DNA from: an uncultured Candidatus Saccharibacteria bacterium
GTDB taxonomy: Bacteria; Patescibacteriota; Saccharimonadia; Saccharimonadales; SZUA-47
DNA: 58,163 bases
Reading direction: 5' to 3'
Assembly (NCBI GenBank): GCA_964451085.1
Contig: CAYVHE010000001.1
Span: 1 to 58,163 of the forward strand
This document shows positions 54,359 to 58,163 of the stretch, piece after piece. Under the pieces are notes generated by a model. The model did not search any database. It saw nothing but the letters and a program-made list of their open reading frames with translations, and was not told where the DNA came from. Position 1 is the stretch's first letter; every line of letters starts with the position of its first letter. A program made the translations under genes and the position numbers.

Positions 54359-55045
54359 ATGATAGAACAGCTTTTTGGTTCAAAAACTAGAGTAAAATTA
54401 CTCAAACTATTTTTCAGTAATCCAAACAGACCTTTCTATGTGCGGGAAATTACCAGAAAGGTTGAAGAGCAAATCAACTCTGTTAGAAGAGAATTAGCAA
54501 ACTTATTATCGATAGGACTGATTACTTCTGAGAGTGCAAATAACAAACTTTACTATGAAGTAAACCAAAAATTTACTCACTACGCAGCCCTAGGAAGTAT
54601 GTTTGCTCAAAATGGAGCTAAACCATTTGTTCAAAAAGAGCTAAAGTCTGTATCTAAAGCGTCAAAGGCAAAATCGTCAGGCAAAAAACAGCAAAAAGAC
54701 GCAGTTAAACCTGATGAGCATGAAGATCGCAGTGCCGTTGAATTACCAGAAGCTAAACACTGGCAGAATGCTGGTAACATCGCTGGTATAGCCTATAGCG
54801 GTGTGTTCACTAGAGATGAGTCAGCTGGAGTAGACATTCTAGTTATTGGAGATGCTCTAGTTTCAAAGGTAGAATCCGTAATAGCTGGATTAGAAAAAGA
54901 AAAGAATAAAGAGCTTAGATACGCTATAATTACGCCTGCTGAATGGGCCTATAGAGCTCAGGTTCATGATAAGTTTTGGTTACAGTTTATGTCTGCGAAA
55001 GTACAAGTAGTATTAGACAAACAGCAAATTTTTGAAAATAAATAG
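54359..55045 (+). CDS. winged-helix DNA-binding protein with C-terminal nucleotidyltransferase-like domain
   Basis: N-terminal SKTRVKLLKLFFSNPNRPFYVREITRKV...SVRRELANL wHTH. The C-terminal GVDILVIGD resembles an NTase fold. Confidence 0.5.
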   Translation: MIEQLFGSKTRVKLLKLFFSNPNRPFYVREITRKVEEQINSVRRELANLLSIGLITSESANNKLYYEVNQKFTHYAALGSMFAQNGAKPFVQKELKSVSKASKAKSSGKKQQKDAVKPDEHEDRSAVELPEAKHWQNAGNIAGIAYSGVFTRDESAGVDILVIGDALVSKVESVIAGLEKEKNKELRYAIITPAEWAYRAQVHDKFWLQFMSAKVQVVLDKQQIFENK

Positions 55046-55057
55046 GAGAACATAGAG

Positions 55058-55711
55058 ATGGATATAGAATTTTTTGGTGCTAATTGTTTTAGGATAAAAA
55101 CTAAGAAATCAGTTTTTATAACTGATGACAACCTAGCATCGTTAGGTCAAAAAAGTATCACAAAGTTAACAGATACACTACTAACTACCAATAACAATAT
55201 AGATACGACTACATCCGCAGCTAAAGCAAAATTAGTTTTGGATAGTCCTGGTGAGTTTGAAGTTGGCGACGTGACAGTACACGCTGAGCAGACTAGGGGA
55301 CATATGGATGAAGAAGGTTCACCACTATCTGCCATTGTCTATCAGCTTCTCTATAAAGGTACAACAGTTACAATCCTTGGCCACGTACACCCAGATATGT
55401 CAGCAGAAGCTTTAGAGCTTATTACGGGTACGGATCTATTATTGGTACCTGTCGGCGGTCATGGTTTTACTCTGGATGCAGTTGGAGCAATGTCTATCGT
55501 CAAAAAAGCGGAACCAGGAATAACTATTCCGTCGTCGTATGATATTAACGGGTTCAAGTATGAAGTAGCAGCTGCACCCCTAGAAGAATTTACTAAACTG
55601 AGTTCACTAGAATCTATAGAGGAGCAGGATTCCTTTAAGCTAGGCTCACAGTCTGTTGATGAACAGTCTGGTCAAACTACGGTGGTAGTACTAAAAACTA
55701 AAAAGGCTTAA
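55058..55711 (+). CDS. MBL-fold (beta-lactamase-like) hydrolase family protein
   Basis: MDIEFFGANCFRIKTKK start and GHVHPD are typical of UPF0173/Lactamase_B_3-like proteins. The metal ligands are only partly recognisable. Confidence 0.45.
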   Translation: MDIEFFGANCFRIKTKKSVFITDDNLASLGQKSITKLTDTLLTTNNNIDTTTSAAKAKLVLDSPGEFEVGDVTVHAEQTRGHMDEEGSPLSAIVYQLLYKGTTVTILGHVHPDMSAEALELITGTDLLLVPVGGHGFTLDAVGAMSIVKKAEPGITIPSSYDINGFKYEVAAAPLEEFTKLSSLESIEEQDSFKLGSQSVDEQSGQTTVVVLKTKKA

Positions 55712-55728
55712 AACTAATAAGCCTTTTT
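55700..55728. terminator. bidirectional terminator between the MBL gene and rpmB
   Basis: AAAAAGGCTT / AAGCCTTTTT forms a 10-bp stem that overlaps the stop codon of the + strand gene. Confidence 0.6.
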
Positions 55729-55748
55729 AGCATTAGGACTAACTAAAC

Positions 55749-55943
55749 TTAGTTTTCGATTAAACCTTTTTTCCTAAGAGTTCTAAGGGCACTTGTGCTA
55801 ATTTTCATTCGCACTTTTTTGCCATTAATTACTAGGGTCTTCTTTTGCAGGTTAGGCTGCCAAACTTTTTTAGTATGTCGTTGAGAAAAACTAACATTAT
55901 TACCGTATTGTTTGCCTTTACCACTGATTTCACAGATTTTCAT
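55749..55943 (-). CDS. rpmB: 50S ribosomal protein L28
   Basis: MKICEISGKGKQYGNNVSFSQRHTKKVWQPNLQKK is canonical L28. Confidence 0.9.
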   Translation of the reverse strand: MKICEISGKGKQYGNNVSFSQRHTKKVWQPNLQKKTLVINGKKVRMKISTSALRTLRKKGLIEN

Positions 55944-56039
55944 ATACTATCTCTTATTAATTACTCGCATAATGATACTACTATTTCCCTGTTAGGTCAA
56001 TATCTTTTAGGTGTATCAGGATGATATAATAAGTCAACT

Positions 56040-56651
56040 ATGATAGATTTTAATAGCATTCTGCTGTTTCTTATTGTTTTGCTTATATCGGCAAGCTTTC
56101 ATGAAATGATGCATGCTTACGTTGCATATAGACTTGGTGATGACCTCGCTCATTCTAGGGGGCGCATTAGTTTGAACCCATTTGTTCATATAGACCCTTT
56201 TTTAACTATAGGTTTGCCGGCAATTTTACTTTTGCTTGGACAACCTCCTATTTTAGCTGCCAAACCAGTACCGATTAACACCTCAAGAATTAAAGGAGAT
56301 GATCTGGGGCTTGCGGTAGTTGGCGTGTCTGGCCCGTTGACAAATCTCGCGCTTGCATTTGTGTTCGGCGCAATATTGCAAGCTTTTTCTTTGCAAGGAT
56401 TGGCAAGTGAAGTCGTTCAGCTCTTTGTATTGATTAACGTAAGCCTTTTTGTGTTTAATATGATACCGATTCCACCGCTAGATGGTTCAAGGTTGCTCTA
56501 TGCTTTTGCTCCTCCATCTGTACAGGCTTTTATGAGGCAAATAGAATCGTTCGGGATGATGGGATTGATATTTATCCTTTTGATAGCCCTTCCGGTGATT
56601 TCGCCAATTATTGATTCAGTTAGTAACTATATTCTCGGGGTTGTAATATAG
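56040..56651 (+). CDS. site-2 protease family (M50) membrane metalloprotease
   Basis: HEMMHA (HExxH) lies in the first TM region. Downstream PIPPLDGSRLL motif. Polytopic. Confidence 0.75.
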   Translation: MIDFNSILLFLIVLLISASFHEMMHAYVAYRLGDDLAHSRGRISLNPFVHIDPFLTIGLPAILLLLGQPPILAAKPVPINTSRIKGDDLGLAVVGVSGPLTNLALAFVFGAILQAFSLQGLASEVVQLFVLINVSLFVFNMIPIPPLDGSRLLYAFAPPSVQAFMRQIESFGMMGLIFILLIALPVISPIIDSVSNYILGVVI

Positions 56652-56692
56652 TTTAGGATAATAAATCTCTAATAAACAGTTATAATGTAATA

Positions 56693-56823
56693 GGGTCGTT
56701 TCACCGGTATGATTTTTCTGAATACTAAATCATAGGAATAGATTTCCGTACCTTTTCCGTGGAACTGGTACTTATCTGATCCACCTTGCGTAAACAGCAG
56801 GTAAATCAAGGTGATACGACCTC
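56693..56823 (+). ncRNA. candidate structured leader/ncRNA upstream of the ASCH-RNase H gene
   Basis: TATAAT at 56681-86, then GGGTCGT..TCACC pairing with GGTGA..ACGACC to close about 130 nt. Internal hairpins are ATGATTT/AAATCAT and GTACC/GGTAC. CACCTT/AAGGTG is an alternative pairing that would sequester the SD-like AAGGTGA. Confidence 0.3.
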
Positions 56824-56838
56824 ACATGAAAACTATAT

Positions 56839-57654
56839 ATGAAACAGTTAAAATTTGAACATAGATTCGCAGAAGAAATAGTAGCTGGTAAAAAAACAGC
56901 AACTTTTCGGGTTAATGATGACAAAGATATTGTCGTGGGTGACATAGTCCAGGTTATTGATAAAGTAGACCGTGATCATCCTACCTCCTGGGTTGTTAAT
57001 GGTGAGCTTAAAATTACTGCTGTTGTTAGAACCCCCCTTAGCCAACTTACGAGTGAACATATGCTTAAAGCCAAATCGTTTAATAACATAGATGACTTGG
57101 TCCAAACTTTTAAGAGGTTCTATGGTGAACATATCAATAAAGATACCCAAATAGTAATATTATCGTTTGTGTTTGAGCCATATGATAAACCAAAATTATT
57201 CCTTCAGAATATAGATAACAGTAATACAGTTTTAAAGAAGGCTCACCTATTTGCGGATGGTGGATCAAGGGGGAACCCCGGGCCATCATCGCTAGGTTTT
57301 GTAGTTTGTGATTTAGAAAATAATGTCGTTCATTCTGATAATAAGTACCTAGGCGTAACCACCAATAATCAGGCAGAATATCACGCCTTGATAGCAGGGA
57401 TGGAATGGTGTTTAGCTCATGGGGTGAGGCAGTTAGACGTTTTTTTAGATAGTATGTTGGTGGTGAATCAGATGAAAGACATATATAAAGTAAAAAATAG
57501 AGACTTATGGACGTTGTATAACACATCCAAGGATTTAACAAAAAAATTCTCATCGGTAAAGTTTACGCATATTCCAAGAGAGCTTAACAAATTGGCTGAC
57601 AAGGAAGTCAATAAGGCTTTAAATGCAGTAAAAGGCTCAGATATAGTACAATAG
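56839..57654 (+). CDS. ASCH domain - RNase HI fusion protein
   Basis: N-terminal ASCH (LKFEHRFAEEIVAGKKTATFRVND). The C-terminal RNase H has ADGGSRGNPGPSS, NNQAEYHALIAG and a terminal Asp region (ELNKLADKE). Confidence 0.8.
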   Translation: MKQLKFEHRFAEEIVAGKKTATFRVNDDKDIVVGDIVQVIDKVDRDHPTSWVVNGELKITAVVRTPLSQLTSEHMLKAKSFNNIDDLVQTFKRFYGEHINKDTQIVILSFVFEPYDKPKLFLQNIDNSNTVLKKAHLFADGGSRGNPGPSSLGFVVCDLENNVVHSDNKYLGVTTNNQAEYHALIAGMEWCLAHGVRQLDVFLDSMLVVNQMKDIYKVKNRDLWTLYNTSKDLTKKFSSVKFTHIPRELNKLADKEVNKALNAVKGSDIVQ

Positions 57655-57658
57655 GTCT

Positions 57659-58080
57659 ATCCTAGTCGTCTGTGGCTAATCGCCTGTTTTTTAATAGGAG
57701 GAAAGTCCGGGCAGCATCGGAAGTGACAGTTGCTAACGGCAACCAAGAGTGATCTTAGGGAAAGTGCCACAGAAACGAAACACCTGGTACTTCTCACCAA
57801 GAAATATGAAACTATAGCATAGCTAACTTCATAAAATTTGGTGAGGAGTAACAGGGATAGATGAAAAGAGTGGGGTAAGAGCCCACAATTCTCTTAGGTG
57901 ACTTAGAGAAGTAGGTAAACCCTGTCTGCTGCAAGGAGGTGAAATAGTCGTATTCTTGAAATACGACCGGCTATCCACCGTTCGCCGATAATCCGCTTGA
58001 TCCCTATAGCAATGTAGGGGCTAGATAGATGATTAGCACCTTTATTGGTACAAAACCCGGCTTATAGCTACGACTAGGAT
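57659..58080 (+). ncRNA. rnpB: RNase P RNA (bacterial type A)
   Basis: P1 is ATCCTAGTCGT / ACGACTAGGAT (11 bp). Universally conserved blocks are present: GGAGGAAAGTCCGGGC, AGTGCCACAGAAA, GGGGTAAGAGCCCAC, GGTAAACCC and ACAAAACCCGGCTTA. An AT-rich extended helix spans 57790-57865. Confidence 0.92.
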
Positions 58081-58089
58081 ATTAAAAAA

Positions 58090-58113
58090 CACCTCCAAGT
58101 AGAGGTGCTTTTT
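58090..58113 (+). terminator. intrinsic terminator after rnpB
   Basis: CACCTC-CAAGTA-GAGGTG followed by CTTTTT. Confidence 0.6.
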
Positions 58114-58163
58114 GGGCTATAGGCAATATCGTGGAGCTTTTTAGCTAGGTTTTCCTCTGTTAA

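Overview
This is a 58.2-kb, AT-rich, densely coding bacterial window, mostly transcribed on the + strand. The content suggests a small-genome, monoderm-type organism. It resembles Patescibacteria/CPR, possibly Saccharibacteria, but that placement is inference only. The standard genetic code fits every long ORF.

Most of the window is housekeeping:
- DNA repair and replication: mutM, holA, family-4 UDG, ssb, ftsK, a Xer-type recombinase, nrdR.
- Translation: rpsT, rpsO, rpsF, rpsR, rpmB, efp, ychF, thrS, truB, tgt, miaA, tlyA.
- RNA turnover: pnp, RNase J, RNase P RNA.
- Nucleotide metabolism: purA, purB, ndk.
- Six tRNA genes.

The main accessory block is a contiguous 11.5-kb type IV pilus locus at 25814-37315. 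Its order is pilM-pilN-pilO-small ORF-pilB-pilT-pilC-pilA-pilD plus four pilin-like genes, and it has no secretin. A multi-TM orphan histidine kinase sits directly upstream.

The most interesting unexplained signals are non-coding:
1. A T-box-like leader with a drastically shortened Stem I upstream of thrS.
2. A GC-rich, hairpin-dense ~300-nt insert carrying a 27-nt direct repeat, which splits the conserved rpsF-ssb / rpsR cluster.
3. A LAGLIDADG-like ORF whose last sense codon and stop codon are nucleotides 1-6 of tRNA-Val.
4. A diverged ~179-bp tandem duplication seeded by the 3' end of tRNA-Asp, plus inverted copies of each tRNA's own T-arm downstream of tRNA-Arg and tRNA-Asp.
5. Two further structured intergenic regions, nrdR/tgt and upstream of an ASCH-RNase H fusion gene.

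All RNA-structure calls were made by eye. None was checked with a covariance model or a database search.
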